Made by a program: the position numbers and the translations under genes. Below, one piece after another: positions 21,076-32,104 of a DNA stretch of 64,000 nt. The stretch's first letter is position 1. Every line of letters starts with the position of its first letter. Location: positions 640,001 to 704,000 of the forward strand of contig CAVRJM010000001.1 in the NCBI GenBank assembly GCA_963722075.1, written 5' to 3'. The notes below the pieces were generated by a model. That model was not told the DNA's origin, did no database searches, and was given only the letters and a program-made list of their open reading frames with translations. This DNA is from Candidatus Babeliales bacterium (GTDB lineage Bacteria > Babelota > Babeliae > Babelales > JANWKD01).

Positions 21076-21487
21076 GATCTTCTAACTTTTTAACAATTTT
21101 TGTTTTCATGGGAAGTTTGTATGCAGCAAGACGAAGAAGGTCTTTTGCTTCCTGATCTTGCAATCCTTCAATCTCACAAATTATACGGCCACGTTTAACA
21201 ACGGCTACCCATAATTCCGGATTTCCCTTACCTTTACCCATTCGCGTTTCGGCAGGCTTTTTAGTCACCGGCTTATCGGGAAATACACGCAAAATTACTT
21301 TTCCAACCTTTTTTAATTTTCGAGACATCGTCACTCGAATTGCTTCAATTTGTTGAGCAGTTACCCAAGCAGGTTCTACCGCTTGTAATCCAAACTGACC
21401 AAAAGCAATCTCACGAGCACCTTTAGAAAGACCTTTGCGAGTCCCTCTTTGAACTTTTCGGTATTTAGTTTTTCTTGGCATTAACAT
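21056..21487 (-). CDS. rplP: 50S ribosomal protein L16
   Basis: [31 protein letters not shown]. Confidence 0.97.
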   Translation of the reverse strand: MLMPRKTKYRKVQRGTRKGLSKGAREIAFGQFGLQAVEPAWVTAQQIEAIRVTMSRKLKKVGKVILRVFPDKPVTKKPAETRMGKGKGNPELWVAVVKRGRIICEIEGLQDQEAKDLLRLAAYKLPMKTKIVKKLEDHEQRKN

Positions 21488-21506
21488 GATTTAACTCTTT
21501 CAACAA

Positions 21507-22139
21507 TTAACTTAAACGGAATTCACCTTTGTAAATCCATACTTTAACACCAATAACACCGTACGTAGTCATTGCTTCAGCAAAGCCATAATCAACATCA
21601 GCTCGCAGTGTATGTAACGGTATTGACCCACTACGATACCATTCATCACGAGCAATTTCTGCCCCGCCCAAACGTCCTGCACAGCAAATTTTCACCCCAC
21701 GTGCACCACTTCTTCCTGAAGAGGTTGCAGCGCGTTTCATTGCTTGCTTAAAATTAGCACGTTTTACCAATTGTGCTGCTATATTTTTAGCAACAAGTGT
21801 AGCATCTAATTCTGGGTTTTTAACTTCTTGTACCGAAACGTCAACATTCGGTCTATTAAGCAATGCAGCTAAATCTTTACGCAATGCATCAATTTCTTGG
21901 CCTTTTTTTCCGATGACGATACCAGGACGCGCCGTATGAATTACTACACGAATATTTTCACCAGCTTTTTCAATTTCGATGCGAGCAACTTCAGCCGTTT
22001 CAAAGATATTGTTTAAATAATTCCTAATTTTTATATCTTCTAAAACCTGTTGCCCATATGATTTTCTTGCAAACCAACGCGCATCCCAATCTCCGTAAAC
22101 GCCTAATCTAAATCCTCTCGGATGTACTTTTTGTCCCAC
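21507..22139 (-). CDS. rpsC: 30S ribosomal protein S3 (GTG start)
   Basis: MGQKVHPRGFRLG, RPGIVIGKKG, GRLGGAEIAR, PLHTLRAD. Confidence 0.97.
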   Translation of the reverse strand: MGQKVHPRGFRLGVYGDWDARWFARKSYGQQVLEDIKIRNYLNNIFETAEVARIEIEKAGENIRVVIHTARPGIVIGKKGQEIDALRKDLAALLNRPNVDVSVQEVKNPELDATLVAKNIAAQLVKRANFKQAMKRAATSSGRSGARGVKICCAGRLGGAEIARDEWYRSGSIPLHTLRADVDYGFAEAMTTYGVIGVKVWIYKGEFRLS

Positions 22140-22140
22140 A

Positions 22141-22479
22141 CTATACCTCTTTGCTTTCTAAAATAACATTTATATGACTAAACCGTTTTCTTAATACTGT
22201 TGGTCTTCCCTGAGCACCCGGTTTAAAATAACGATATATAGGGCCTTGATCAACACGAAAATCTTTTATAATAAGACTTTCAGGGCTAATATTGCTCTTG
22301 TTTTTAGCATTAGCAACGGCAGATTTAAGTACTTTTTCTAGAGGCTTAACTCGTTGTACAGAATTGGTTGATAACCATTCTAATGCATATTTCGCATTTT
22401 TTCCACGAATTACATCAACAAGTGGTCTTAACTTGTAGGGGGAATAATGAATATATTTTGCTTTCGCTGTAAATTGCAT
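22141..22479 (-). CDS. rplV: 50S ribosomal protein L22
   Basis: SPYKLR...IRGK, KSAVANA, AQGR. Confidence 0.96.
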   Translation of the reverse strand: MQFTAKAKYIHYSPYKLRPLVDVIRGKNAKYALEWLSTNSVQRVKPLEKVLKSAVANAKNKSNISPESLIIKDFRVDQGPIYRYFKPGAQGRPTVLRKRFSHINVILESKEV

Positions 22480-22498
22480 TTTTTATCCTTAATTTCTA

Positions 22499-22786
22499 TT
22501 AAGTAGGGGACGGAGTTCCAGCTTTTCGCTGTCCACTATGTAACCTAAAGGTTCTCGTTGGTGCAAATTCTCCTAAATAATGGCCCACCATGTTCTCAGT
22601 AATAAATACTGGAATAAATTTTTTGCCATTATGAACTGCAATCGTTAACCCAACAAAATCGGGTATTATCATACTATTACGAGACCATGTTTTAATCACT
22701 TCTCTTTTACCACTTGTTTTTAGTCGTTCGATTTTTTCTATAAGCGAATCAGCGACAAAAGGACTTTTCTTGGTTGATCTTGCCAT
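22499..22786 (-). CDS. rpsS: 30S ribosomal protein S19
   Basis: [23 protein letters not shown]. Confidence 0.97.
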   Translation of the reverse strand: MARSTKKSPFVADSLIEKIERLKTSGKREVIKTWSRNSMIIPDFVGLTIAVHNGKKFIPVFITENMVGHYLGEFAPTRTFRLHSGQRKAGTPSPT

Positions 22787-22807
22787 ATTATTCTTTCTAA
22801 CTAAATG

Positions 22808-23623
22808 TTACCTTCTTCTCTTTAAAATCAAAGGGTTTTTTCTTTTACGGGTACGGCTACCTTTTGCACCCTTACCCCATGGACTTTGTGGATGAGATCC
22901 AGATTTTGAACGACCCTCACCACCACCATGTGGATGATCAACAGGGTTCATTGCCATACCACGTACGGTAGGTCGAATACCCATATGGCGTGTACGTCCT
23001 GCTTTACCTATCACAATATTTTTATAATCAGCATTCCCTAAAACACCAATAGTAGCCCAACACTCTAAACCTACTAATCGAATTTCACCTGATGGCATTT
23101 TTAATGAGGCATGTTCATCGGTTTTTGAAGTAAGCTGAACTGATGTTCCAGCACTGCGAGCAAATTTACCACCAGAATTAGGTCTAATTTCAACATTATG
23201 AATCATAAATCCTACTGGAACAGATCGCAACGGCATCGAATTACCAACGTTTGCTTCAGCATCAGCGGCTGCATATAAGGTGCTGCCCACTTTAATACCT
23301 TGAGGCATGAGGTGATATCTTTTAGCGCCGTTTGCATATACTACCAAGCCGATATGAACGTTTCTATTAGGATCATACTCTAAGGCCTTTACCGTTCCTT
23401 CAATATTACGATCAAGGCGTTTAAAATCAACAATACGATATTTACGTGCTGCACCACCGCCACGATGACGAGTTGTTATGCGACCATATGCGTTACGTCC
23501 ACCCGTTTTGTGTAACCCCTTAACTAGAGATTTTTCAGGACCTTTTTTAGATAATTCACTGGTATCAATATAGGTCTGAAATCGTAAAGCGGCACTTCTT
23601 GGTTTTCTTCTAATAATTGCCAT
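22808..23623 (-). CDS. rplB: 50S ribosomal protein L2
   Basis: EYDPNR, ARSAG, VRGMAMNPVDHPHGGGEG. Confidence 0.98.
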   Translation of the reverse strand: MAIIRRKPRSAALRFQTYIDTSELSKKGPEKSLVKGLHKTGGRNAYGRITTRHRGGGAARKYRIVDFKRLDRNIEGTVKALEYDPNRNVHIGLVVYANGAKRYHLMPQGIKVGSTLYAAADAEANVGNSMPLRSVPVGFMIHNVEIRPNSGGKFARSAGTSVQLTSKTDEHASLKMPSGEIRLVGLECWATIGVLGNADYKNIVIGKAGRTRHMGIRPTVRGMAMNPVDHPHGGGEGRSKSGSHPQSPWGKGAKGSRTRKRKNPLILKRRR

Positions 23624-23645
23624 TTGTAATCCTTAACATCTCTTT

Positions 23646-23993
23646 CTAATTTGTGGTACTTTCTTGAGCGGTGTTCTTGCTTGAAATCATGCCACCTGAT
23701 ACTAACTGAGCTAGTATATCAAAAGAGGAAGAATCTTTCAATGTGACAATCGCTTGTTTTTTTAAAGGACCAGCTGATTTTCTTCTTTTAAAAACCTTAT
23801 TTTTTCCCTTAATAACCTTAATGTTTACTGCCTTAACTTTAACATTAAAGAGCTTTTCTAAGGCTTCTTTAACTTGCGCTTTATTGGCAACAGGATCAAC
23901 TAAAAAAGTAATCTGTTGCTCTTCTTGCATAAGTTTAGTTGATTTTTCGGTAAGAATAGGTCGTCGAATTATAGAATAAATATTTAAAGCCAT
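23646..23993 (-). CDS. rplW: 50S ribosomal protein L23
   Basis: PILTEKS, ANKAQVKEALEKLFNVKV; ~20-aa C-terminal extension. Confidence 0.94.
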   Translation of the reverse strand: MALNIYSIIRRPILTEKSTKLMQEEQQITFLVDPVANKAQVKEALEKLFNVKVKAVNIKVIKGKNKVFKRRKSAGPLKKQAIVTLKDSSSFDILAQLVSGGMISSKNTAQESTTN

Positions 23994-24634
23994 TTTGAAA
24001 CCATTTCTTTAAAAAGGGATATATCTTTTTGCAAAACAACCCAATGTGAACTATTCATTAAATCAAAGGCATTAACTTCATCAAAAAGAACAACATGAAC
24101 ATTAGGAATATTAATAAATGAGGAATATGCAAGAACATCATTCATTGAAACAAAAACTAAGAGTTTTTTATCATTTAGATTTGCTTCTTTTAATAAGTTA
24201 TAGGCATATGAAGTTTTAGGAGCATTGCCAGTAAAATCCCACGGTAATGCATGAATAGATCCTTTTTCAAGAAAATCATGCAAAAGCGTATTAAGAATAC
24301 CACTTCTTAATTTTTTAGAAGCTTTTAACGTACGCACACGTGGTTGTGGTCCAAAAATGATACCACCACCTCTCCATAATGGAGAACGTGCAGATCCAGC
24401 ACGCGCACGCCCTGTTCCTTTTTGCTTCCATGGCTTTCTATTGGAGTAACTTACCTCAGAGCGTCCCTTGACACCAACAGTACCCTGACGCCAATTTTGT
24501 AATAGTTGACGAATATAAATAGAAATACCCGCCCCAGCAATATCGCGATTTTCAACAGTAAGATCTAGATCACGAGAAGTTATAGGCATTGCATTACTAT
24601 GAGCTTGTTTATCTGTTTTTTTTTGAGCAATCAT
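23984..24634 (-). CDS. rplD: 50S ribosomal protein L4
   Basis: RQGT..VKGRSEV, KPWKQKGTGRARAGS, WRGGG. Confidence 0.96.
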   Translation of the reverse strand: MIAQKKTDKQAHSNAMPITSRDLDLTVENRDIAGAGISIYIRQLLQNWRQGTVGVKGRSEVSYSNRKPWKQKGTGRARAGSARSPLWRGGGIIFGPQPRVRTLKASKKLRSGILNTLLHDFLEKGSIHALPWDFTGNAPKTSYAYNLLKEANLNDKKLLVFVSMNDVLAYSSFINIPNVHVVLFDEVNAFDLMNSSHWVVLQKDISLFKEMVSKWL

Positions 24635-24641
24635 ACGTTAC

Positions 24642-25262
24642 CTATACTTTTTGAATGAAAACTAATGAACCGGAGTGACCAGGAACTGCACCTTTTACAA
24701 AAACAACATTGGCTTCTGGTTCAATTCTAACAACCTCAAGGTTTTTAATACATTGGCGATCATTACCCATGTGCCCCGGTAATTTTTTTCCTTTAATTAC
24801 GCGGCCTTGAGATCTCATAAAGCCTAGTGACCCGGGAATTCTACCAAAACGCGGTCCGTGGCTTGCTCGTCCTCCAGAGAATCCATGGCGTTTAACAACA
24901 CCTTGGAATCCATGACCTCTTGAATTACCCGTAACATTTACCAATTGACCTTGTTCTAATAAAGCGCAAAGATCAATTGATTGACCAATTGCCGCTTCTT
25001 TTAATAATTCATGAGGAATAATTTCGTTAAAGCCGTAAAAATATACGTTAGGTTTTTTTAACCATGCTTTATCGAAAGCTTTATCGGTATATTTCTTTCG
25101 TAATAAACCAATCTGAACTGCCTCGTATCCATCTCGATCCTTGGTTTTAATATTGGTAATAACCCAATTACTTAAATCAATAGCAGTTACCGGAACAACT
25201 TTATCATTCTTAGAAAAAAGTTGCGTCATTCCAATTTTTCTACCAATAACGGATTGTGACAT
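24642..25262 (-). CDS. rplC: 50S ribosomal protein L3
   Basis: KIGMTQ, DGYEAVQ, GFQGVVKRHGF, GKKLPGHMG. Confidence 0.97.
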   Translation of the reverse strand: MSQSVIGRKIGMTQLFSKNDKVVPVTAIDLSNWVITNIKTKDRDGYEAVQIGLLRKKYTDKAFDKAWLKKPNVYFYGFNEIIPHELLKEAAIGQSIDLCALLEQGQLVNVTGNSRGHGFQGVVKRHGFSGGRASHGPRFGRIPGSLGFMRSQGRVIKGKKLPGHMGNDRQCIKNLEVVRIEPEANVVFVKGAVPGHSGSLVFIQKV

Positions 25263-25280
25263 TGTAATACCTTTCTAATT

Positions 25281-25586
25281 CTAACGAATCTCTACATCAA
25301 CACCGGATGATATATTTAATTTCATCAGAGCATCCATCGTTTGATCAGAAGGAGAAACAATATCTAGAATACGTCGGTGCGTTGTAAGCTCGAATTGCTC
25401 TCTTGATTTTTTATCAATATGAGGAGATCTTAACACCGTAAAGCAACGTTTCTTATTAGGCAAGGGTACCGGGCCCATAATTTGAGACCCAGTTCGTTTT
25501 GCCGTTAATACGATCTGTTTTACTGCCTTATCAAGAAGCTGATGATCATATGATTTTAAAGTTAAGCGAATCTTCTGTTTTTTCAT
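25281..25586 (-). CDS. rpsJ: 30S ribosomal protein S10
   Basis: [20 protein letters not shown]. Confidence 0.97.
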   Translation of the reverse strand: MKKQKIRLTLKSYDHQLLDKAVKQIVLTAKRTGSQIMGPVPLPNKKRCFTVLRSPHIDKKSREQFELTTHRRILDIVSPSDQTMDALMKLNISSGVDVEIR

Positions 25587-25598
25587 ATAATCCTTAGC

Positions 25599-26789
25599 TT
25601 ACTTTAAAATTTCAGTTATAACACCTGATCCAACGGTTCTACCGCCTTCACGAATCGCAAAATGCAAATCTTTTTCCATAGCAATAGGCGCTATTAAATC
25701 AACGGTAATTGATACGTTATCGCCAGGCATCACCATTTCACGGCCTGCTTCTAAGGTAACAATACCAGTAACGTCTGTTGTTCTGAAATAGAATTGTGGT
25801 CGGTATCCATTGAAGAACGGGCTATGACGGCCACCTTCATCTTTAGAAAGAATATACACTTCACATTTGAATTTTTGGTGAGGTGTTACCGTACCTGGTT
25901 GTGCAATAACCATTCCGCGTTCAATTTCTTCTTTTTTAACACCACGAAGAAGAAGACCTAAATTATCACCCGCTTGACCTTCTTTAAGTTCTTTTTTGAA
26001 CATTTCAACGCCAGTTACGGTTGTTTTAAGCGTATTGCCAAAGCCAACAATTTCAACTTCTTCACTCACTTTTACTCTACCACGTTCTACACGTCCTGTT
26101 GCTACGGTACCACGACCAGAAATTGAGAACACACCTTCAACTGACATCAAGAACGGCTTATCAATTTCACGTACTGGTTCTGGAATGTAGGTATCAACTG
26201 CTTCCATTAATTTTTTTATAGCAGGAACACCTATTTCACTAGTGTCGCCAGCTAAAGCTTTTACTGCTGAACCACGAATAAATGGGATTTTGTCGCCAGG
26301 GAAATCATATTTAGTTAATAGCTCTCTGATTTCTTCTTCAACCATGTCGATCATTTCAGCATCATCAACCATATCGATTTTGTTGAGGAATACCACGAGT
26401 GATGGAACACCAACGTTTTTTGCAAGCAAGATGTGTTCACGAGTTTGAGGCATCGCACCATCTGCTGCTGAAACTACTAAGATCCCGCCATCCATTTGCG
26501 CTGCACCGGTGATCATGTTTTTTACATAGTCAGCGTGCCCTGGGCAGTCAACGTGAGCGTAGTGACGGTTTTTAGTTTCATATTCAACGTGTGCTGTTGC
26601 AATAGTAATACCACGTGCTTTTTCTTCAGGCGCATTATCAATTTGATCATATGCTCTGAATTGTGCTAATCCTTCTTCTGCTAATACTTTGGTGATCGCA
26701 GCTGTTAATGTTGTTTTACCATGGTCAACGTGCCCAATAGTACCAATATTAACGTGAGGCTTTTTTCTTTCAAATAGTTCTCTTGCCAT
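25599..26789 (-). CDS. tuf: Elongation factor Tu
   Basis: [28 protein letters not shown]. Confidence 0.99.
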   Translation of the reverse strand: MARELFERKKPHVNIGTIGHVDHGKTTLTAAITKVLAEEGLAQFRAYDQIDNAPEEKARGITIATAHVEYETKNRHYAHVDCPGHADYVKNMITGAAQMDGGILVVSAADGAMPQTREHILLAKNVGVPSLVVFLNKIDMVDDAEMIDMVEEEIRELLTKYDFPGDKIPFIRGSAVKALAGDTSEIGVPAIKKLMEAVDTYIPEPVREIDKPFLMSVEGVFSISGRGTVATGRVERGRVKVSEEVEIVGFGNTLKTTVTGVEMFKKELKEGQAGDNLGLLLRGVKKEEIERGMVIAQPGTVTPHQKFKCEVYILSKDEGGRHSPFFNGYRPQFYFRTTDVTGIVTLEAGREMVMPGDNVSITVDLIAPIAMEKDLHFAIREGGRTVGSGVITEILK

Positions 26790-26832
26790 GTAAGTTTCTC
26801 CTAAGGAACATCTCTAAACAATTAATCAAATA

Positions 26833-28896
26833 TTATTTTTTCTCAACAATTTTATCTTGAACATGCTTTGGAACTTCACGATAACATTCAAATTCCATCG
26901 AATAGCCAGCACGTCCTTTGGTCATTGAACGAACTGACGTAGCATATCCAAGCATTTCTTCTAAAGGAACCTCTGCTAATATTACTTGGGTACCATTTTT
27001 TGATTCCATACCAAGAATTCTTCCACGACGTGAATTCAAGTCACCCATCACGTCACCCATATATTCATCAGGTGTATCCACTTCTACCTTCATGATAGGT
27101 TCTAAAAGCACGGGAGACGCTTTAGCCATCCCGCTTTTAAATGCTAATGAACCGGCAATCTTAAAGGCCATTTCAGAAGAGTCAACATCATGATATGAAC
27201 CATCAGTAAGCGCTACTTTAACGTCAACAACCGGGTATCCACCTAAAATACCTGAATTGAGCGCTTCAGTCACCCCTTTTTCAACGCCTGGAATAAATTC
27301 TCGCGGAATAGTACCACCCACAACCTTATCTTCAAAGATGAATCCTTTACCACGTTCCATTGGCTCAATATGTAACCAACAATGCCCATATTGGCCCTTA
27401 CCACCAGATTGCTTAATGTATTTACCTTCAGAATCAACCGGCTTTTGAATGGTTTCTTTATAAGCAACTTGAAGTTTTCCTTGAACTACTTCAACCTTGT
27501 GCTCTCTTTTCATACGATCAACAACAATCTCAAGGTGCAACTCACCCATTCCCTGTATTACTGTTTGACCGGTTTCTTGGTCATAAGAAAATTTAAAAGA
27601 TGGATCTTCTTGCATTAATTTTCGCAAAGAAAGAACCATTTTTTCATAATCAGCTTTATTTTTGGGTTCTACTGAAGCTGAAATTACGGTCGGCGGAATA
27701 TCAATAGATTCTAATAATAATGGGTGATCTTCTGCGCATAGGGTATTACCCGTCACCACATCCTTAACACCAACCACAGCAACAATATCACCCGCTTGTG
27801 CTGAGGCAATCTCTTCACGAGTATTAGCATGCATGCGAACCAAACGACTTATTCGTTCTTTACTGCCCTTACTTGCGTTTAACACATAAGAACCAGCTTT
27901 AAGCTCACCTGAATAAATACGAATAAAAGTCAATATCCCCACAAATGGATCTGTCATTATTTTAAATGCTAACGCACAGAATGGTTCTTTAGGATCTGCT
28001 TTTCTTGTTTCTTCTTTATCAGTATCAGGATTTATCCCAACAACTGGTGGAATATCAAGCGGAGAAGGGAGATAATCAATGACGCCATCAAGCATCAGCT
28101 GCACCCCTTTATTTTTAAAAGCACTTCCTGCAAAAGCAAGCGCAATTTTACGCTGAACGGTTCCTTTTCTTAATGCAGCTTTAACTTCTGGAATAGAAAT
28201 CTCTTCTCCATTAAGATATCTTTCAGCTAATGCATCATCAAAGTCGCATGCCTTTTCCACTAATTGACTACGTAATGTTTCAACTTGTTCTTTATACTCT
28301 GCCGGCACTTCTTGCCACTCAATGCTCAACCCTTGGTCTCCGCCAAATGTAGCAAGCTTTCTCGTTAAGAGATCAATAATGCCTGAAAAATTTTCTGCTT
28401 CCCCTACTGCTAATTGCACGGGAACAGCATTTACTTTTAATTTTTCATTTATATCGTTTACTACTCGTAGATAATTACCACCGGTACGATCAAGCTTGTT
28501 AACGAAAATAATACGTGGAACGCCATAACGATTTGCTTGTTTCCAAACCGTTTCAGATTGAGGTTGAACACCAGCTACGCCACAGAACACACCAACCATG
28601 CCATCAAGCACTCGTAATGAGCGCCCTACTTCAATAGTAAAATCTACGTGACCAGGCGTATCAATAATGTTAACCGTATGGTCTTTCCAAGAACAGGTAG
28701 TTGCTGCTGAAGTAATAGTAATACCTCGTTCACGCTCTTGTTCCATCCAATCCATGATCGCTTCACCTTCATGAACTTCACCAAGCTTATGAGTAACACC
28801 CGTATAAAACAAAATTCGTTCTGTTACCGTTGTTTTTCCGGCATCAATATGGGCAGCAATCCCTATATTTCTAAATTTATCGAGCTTTTGACTCAT
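26833..28896 (-). CDS. fusA: Elongation factor G
   Basis: [37 protein letters not shown]. Confidence 0.99.
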   Translation of the reverse strand: MSQKLDKFRNIGIAAHIDAGKTTVTERILFYTGVTHKLGEVHEGEAIMDWMEQERERGITITSAATTCSWKDHTVNIIDTPGHVDFTIEVGRSLRVLDGMVGVFCGVAGVQPQSETVWKQANRYGVPRIIFVNKLDRTGGNYLRVVNDINEKLKVNAVPVQLAVGEAENFSGIIDLLTRKLATFGGDQGLSIEWQEVPAEYKEQVETLRSQLVEKACDFDDALAERYLNGEEISIPEVKAALRKGTVQRKIALAFAGSAFKNKGVQLMLDGVIDYLPSPLDIPPVVGINPDTDKEETRKADPKEPFCALAFKIMTDPFVGILTFIRIYSGELKAGSYVLNASKGSKERISRLVRMHANTREEIASAQAGDIVAVVGVKDVVTGNTLCAEDHPLLLESIDIPPTVISASVEPKNKADYEKMVLSLRKLMQEDPSFKFSYDQETGQTVIQGMGELHLEIVVDRMKREHKVEVVQGKLQVAYKETIQKPVDSEGKYIKQSGGKGQYGHCWLHIEPMERGKGFIFEDKVVGGTIPREFIPGVEKGVTEALNSGILGGYPVVDVKVALTDGSYHDVDSSEMAFKIAGSLAFKSGMAKASPVLLEPIMKVEVDTPDEYMGDVMGDLNSRRGRILGMESKNGTQVILAEVPLEEMLGYATSVRSMTKGRAGYSMEFECYREVPKHVQDKIVEKK

Positions 28897-28910
28897 GAGA
28901 TCCCTCTACC

Positions 28911-29393
28911 TTACCATGCATAATGTGAGAATGCTCTATTAGCTTCTGCCATTCTGTGAACATCGATTTTCTTTTTTATTGCATTTCCACGCCCTTCATA
29001 AGCTTCAATAAGCTCATACGCAAGTCGTTGACCCATTGTTTTATCGGATCGCGTCTTAGCAGCCCCAATCAACCAACGCATAGCAAGTGCACGTGCACGA
29101 TCAGGACGTACTTCCATAGGAATTTGATAAACACTACCACCAACACGGCGTGGACGAACTTCTACCGCTGGAATCAATTGATCAAATGCTTTGAAGAAAA
29201 CGGTTAATCCCTTATTTTGATCCCCATTATTTTTTTTAATTAATATGTCGATAGCTTCATAGACAATACGACGGGCTATGCTTTTTTTACCACGCCACAT
29301 TACTACGTTAATGAACTTTTGGACCAATTCAGAACCAAAACGTTCATCAGGCATTATTTCTCTTTTATAGCTTACAGCTTTACGCCTTGACAT
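28911..29393 (-). CDS. rpsG: 30S ribosomal protein S7
   Basis: RRVGGSVYQIP, HRMAEANRAFSHY. Confidence 0.97.
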   Translation of the reverse strand: MSRRKAVSYKREIMPDERFGSELVQKFINVVMWRGKKSIARRIVYEAIDILIKKNNGDQNKGLTVFFKAFDQLIPAVEVRPRRVGGSVYQIPMEVRPDRARALAMRWLIGAAKTRSDKTMGQRLAYELIEAYEGRGNAIKKKIDVHRMAEANRAFSHYAW

Positions 29394-29410
29394 AATATAA
29401 ATCCCTTAGC

Positions 29411-29791
29411 TTATTTTTTCTTAGATTTTTTTGCACCATACAGCGAACGACCCTGCTTACGATTTTCAACGCCAGCAGTATCCAATGCGCCACGAACAAT
29501 ATGATATTTTACCCCAGGTAAATCTTTCACCTTCCCACCACGAACCAATACAACTGAGTGCTCTTGAAGATTATGCCCTTCTCCTGGAATATAAGCGGTT
29601 ACTTCTGCACCCGTAGAAAGCTTAACACGCGCTACCTTACGAAGCGCTGAGTTTGGTTTTCTGGGAGTCATTGTTTTAACCTGCAAACAAACGCCACGAG
29701 CCTGAGGGGCACCTTTAAGCGCAGGGCTTTTGGTTTTAAACAGATGTTTCTTTGAGCGCCCTTTTCGAGCGAGTTGGGTCACGGTAGGCAT
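29411..29791 (-). CDS. rpsL: 30S ribosomal protein S12
   Basis: [30 protein letters not shown]. Confidence 0.98.
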   Translation of the reverse strand: MPTVTQLARKGRSKKHLFKTKSPALKGAPQARGVCLQVKTMTPRKPNSALRKVARVKLSTGAEVTAYIPGEGHNLQEHSVVLVRGGKVKDLPGVKYHIVRGALDTAGVENRKQGRSLYGAKKSKKK

Positions 29792-29896
29792 ACTTACAAT
29801 TTCCTAAATAGTTAAATAAAAACTTGAATAAATTTACTCATATTTCGTTATGTATATTTGAAATTAGCTAACGAATCATAATAGAAGGATAAGTCT

Positions 29897-29924
29897 ATTT
29901 TAGCCTTTTTACTAAATTTTTCAA
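29897..29924 (-). promoter_or_regulatory. Putative promoter of the rpsL/str operon
   Basis: TTGAAA-N16-TAAAAT upstream of rpsL. Confidence 0.4.
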
Positions 29925-30043
29925 GTGGAATTGAAAAAGATACGGTAATATAGACGTTTAAAAATATTAGTGTAAAACTATAAGCTGTCAGAAACTTTCA
30001 GGTGATAGGTATTTTAAGATTAATTTCGTACGGAGTTTACAGT

Positions 30044-31183
30044 ATGCTTTCCAGCCAATATGTTATTTCTCTCTTTTATAGCTCTTTTTTCATTATCGTA
30101 GGCCTTCTGGGAATAGGCTTTTTGATAGGATTCCATGAGCTGGGCCATTTTATATTCTGCAAGGTATTTAATATACGAACCCCTTCCTTCTCTATTGGTA
30201 TGGGTCCTCGTATCCTTACCAAAAAGATCGGCGAGACCGAATTTGCCTTATCGCTGCTACCTCTAGGCGGATACGTAGAAATAGCCGGATCAGCTGAAGT
30301 TGGCCAAGGCGAACAAAAAGAAGCGCATAGCAAAGACGAGCGGTCCTTTGCGGTTAAACCGTATTATCAAAAAATGCTGGTGATGGCAGGTGGCATTTTA
30401 TTTAACTTAATTTTTGCTTATATGGCGCTTTCTTTCCTTTATTTTATCGGTATGCCTAAAACCCCGTTCTTATACCCGCTCCATGCATCTACCGTCATTA
30501 GTAATGTTGATGAAGAAACCCCAGCGGCTCAGGCTCATTTACAACCAGGCGATAAGATTCTTGCATTTAACAAAACAACTACCCGCAATGCAGCTGAGCT
30601 TATTAATCTCATTAAGGATCTTCCCAATACTCCCGCACAGCTTCTTATCGAACGCAATGGCACACAGCAGGCAGTTGATGTTACCATAGGTTCCCGCGAA
30701 GTTAACAAAAAAGATGTTGGGTTCTTAGGGGTAGAATTTGAAATCCCTCGCTTTGGCGTTATTGAATCGATTAAACATGGTATTTCAGCTACTAACTATC
30801 TGATTGGTCATATCTGCAGCGCTTTCAAAAATATTTTTGCAGGACGTGAATTAAATAATTTGGGCGGGCCATTAATGGTTATTTCTCAGACAATTAAAGG
30901 GGCTGAAAAAGGATTTAAAATTTTCTTATTGTTGCTTGCATTCATTAGCATTAACTTAGCTATTTTAAATATTATTCCGCTGCCTATTATGGATGGCGGA
31001 CAAGCATTATTTTATACGATTGAAGCAATCATACGTAAACCGCTTAATGAAAAAGTACGTGAATATATTCATTATGCTACGTGGATTTTACTGCTTATTT
31101 TGGTGGTGTATTTAAGTATTAAAGACGTGATTACGATTTTTGGCTTAAAGGGCTTGTTTAGTAAATTTTTTGGGAAAAATTAA
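30044..31183 (+). CDS. rseP: RIP metalloprotease RseP (M50, PDZ)
   Basis: HELGH, FSIGMGP, LPLGGYV, PDZ domain, NIIPLPIMDGG; ATG 30044 after GGAG. Confidence 0.93.
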   Translation: MLSSQYVISLFYSSFFIIVGLLGIGFLIGFHELGHFIFCKVFNIRTPSFSIGMGPRILTKKIGETEFALSLLPLGGYVEIAGSAEVGQGEQKEAHSKDERSFAVKPYYQKMLVMAGGILFNLIFAYMALSFLYFIGMPKTPFLYPLHASTVISNVDEETPAAQAHLQPGDKILAFNKTTTRNAAELINLIKDLPNTPAQLLIERNGTQQAVDVTIGSREVNKKDVGFLGVEFEIPRFGVIESIKHGISATNYLIGHICSAFKNIFAGRELNNLGGPLMVISQTIKGAEKGFKIFLLLLAFISINLAILNIIPLPIMDGGQALFYTIEAIIRKPLNEKVREYIHYATWILLLILVVYLSIKDVITIFGLKGLFSKFFGKN

Positions 31184-31190
31184 GAATATA

Positions 31191-31230
31191 AAAAACATGG
31201 GTGCGTATTTTTGCGCACCCATGTTAATAA
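31191..31230. terminator. Hairpin terminator between convergent genes
   Basis: AACATGGGTGCG...CGCACCCATGTT. Confidence 0.7.
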
Positions 31231-31626
31231 TTATTTCGTTAGTTCGCTAACTTTAGCATCATTACGATTTCTTCTTCTCACTTTTTTCATTCTTTTAGAA
31301 TGCCGCTTATCTTTTATGTACTTTTTAATAAATTCATCAAATTTCTTTTTACATTGCTTATCCAACTTACCTTCTTGCTCTTCATATGTTTGAGCTAGTT
31401 CCATAAATTGAGTACACGCCTCTTGGTTACTCTCTTTACATTCCACATAAACTTTAGTTAAAGCAGAAAATTTTTTACTCAGATCCCGGGTACTTATCCT
31501 ATAAAATGCCCCAGTATTAAGCGCAGTAGAAAACCGATCACTAATAGCTAAAAAGCGCTCTTTTTCTGCTTGTCCCCCAACCGCTATACATGGGATTAAC
31601 AATAATAATAACAACAGTCTTTTCAT
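31231..31626 (-). CDS. Hypothetical secreted protein
   Basis: Signal peptide MKRLLLLLLLIPCIAVG; basic C-terminus. Confidence 0.65.
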   Translation of the reverse strand: MKRLLLLLLLIPCIAVGGQAEKERFLAISDRFSTALNTGAFYRISTRDLSKKFSALTKVYVECKESNQEACTQFMELAQTYEEQEGKLDKQCKKKFDEFIKKYIKDKRHSKRMKKVRRRNRNDAKVSELTK

Positions 31627-31633
31627 AAAAACC

Positions 31634-31867
31634 CTAACTATCTAAATGTGTCCTATTTCTTAATTCAGCTAAATATTCTATCCAATTAAACGATTGATCA
31701 TCATCTAATTCCAGATCAAAAGTATTGAAATCAACTTCATTTTTTCGTTCTCTATGATAAATACTTTTAATTAACTGAGAAAATCTTTCGCTAATTGATT
31801 CTAAATTAGATTCTGTACCAAGCGCTACATACGGTAGTAGCATTGATAATAACATTAGTTTTTTCAT
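31634..31867 (-). CDS. Short hypothetical secreted protein, paralogous N-terminus to 31231-31626
   Basis: RBS AAGGA; MKKLMLLSMLLPYVALG...SISERFS vs AISDRFS. Confidence 0.55.
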   Translation of the reverse strand: MKKLMLLSMLLPYVALGTESNLESISERFSQLIKSIYHRERKNEVDFNTFDLELDDDQSFNWIEYLAELRNRTHLDS

Positions 31868-31893
31868 AAACATCCTTATAAGGTAGAATTCTA

Positions 31894-32030
31894 TTAATGG
31901 ATGGCCATCCGTCTACGTTAAAACTTCGCCGAGACAAGCGCCTTGTCCGCCTTAGCCTTGGCGGCGGCGGATCGCCATGACAATATGCACATGGATTGTC
32001 ATTCCGAGTGAAACGTGGGAATCCATTAAT
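31894..32030. repeat. REP/RPE-like inverted pair carrying two nested hairpin modules
   Basis: TGGATGGCCA...TCGCCATGAC and GTCATTCCGAG...GGAATCCA arms; modules at 31908-31938 and 31942-31971. Confidence 0.8.
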
Positions 32031-32050
32031 AAATAAAAAAGTCATTACAT

Positions 32051-32077
32051 AAAAAAAGGCGAGTAAAAACTCGCCTC
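32051..32077 (-). terminator. Terminator after rplM
   Basis: Minus strand GAGGCGAGT-tttt-ACTCGCCTTTTTTT. Confidence 0.75.
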
Positions 32078-32104
32078 AAACTTCTTACCAAAAGAGCTCA
32101 TTCG

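Noticed and set aside
31806..32045. 79-aa ORF with PPPPRLRRTRR
   Set aside because: It is a translation of the GC-rich repeat pair and its nested modules, and overlaps the next gene; no RBS support
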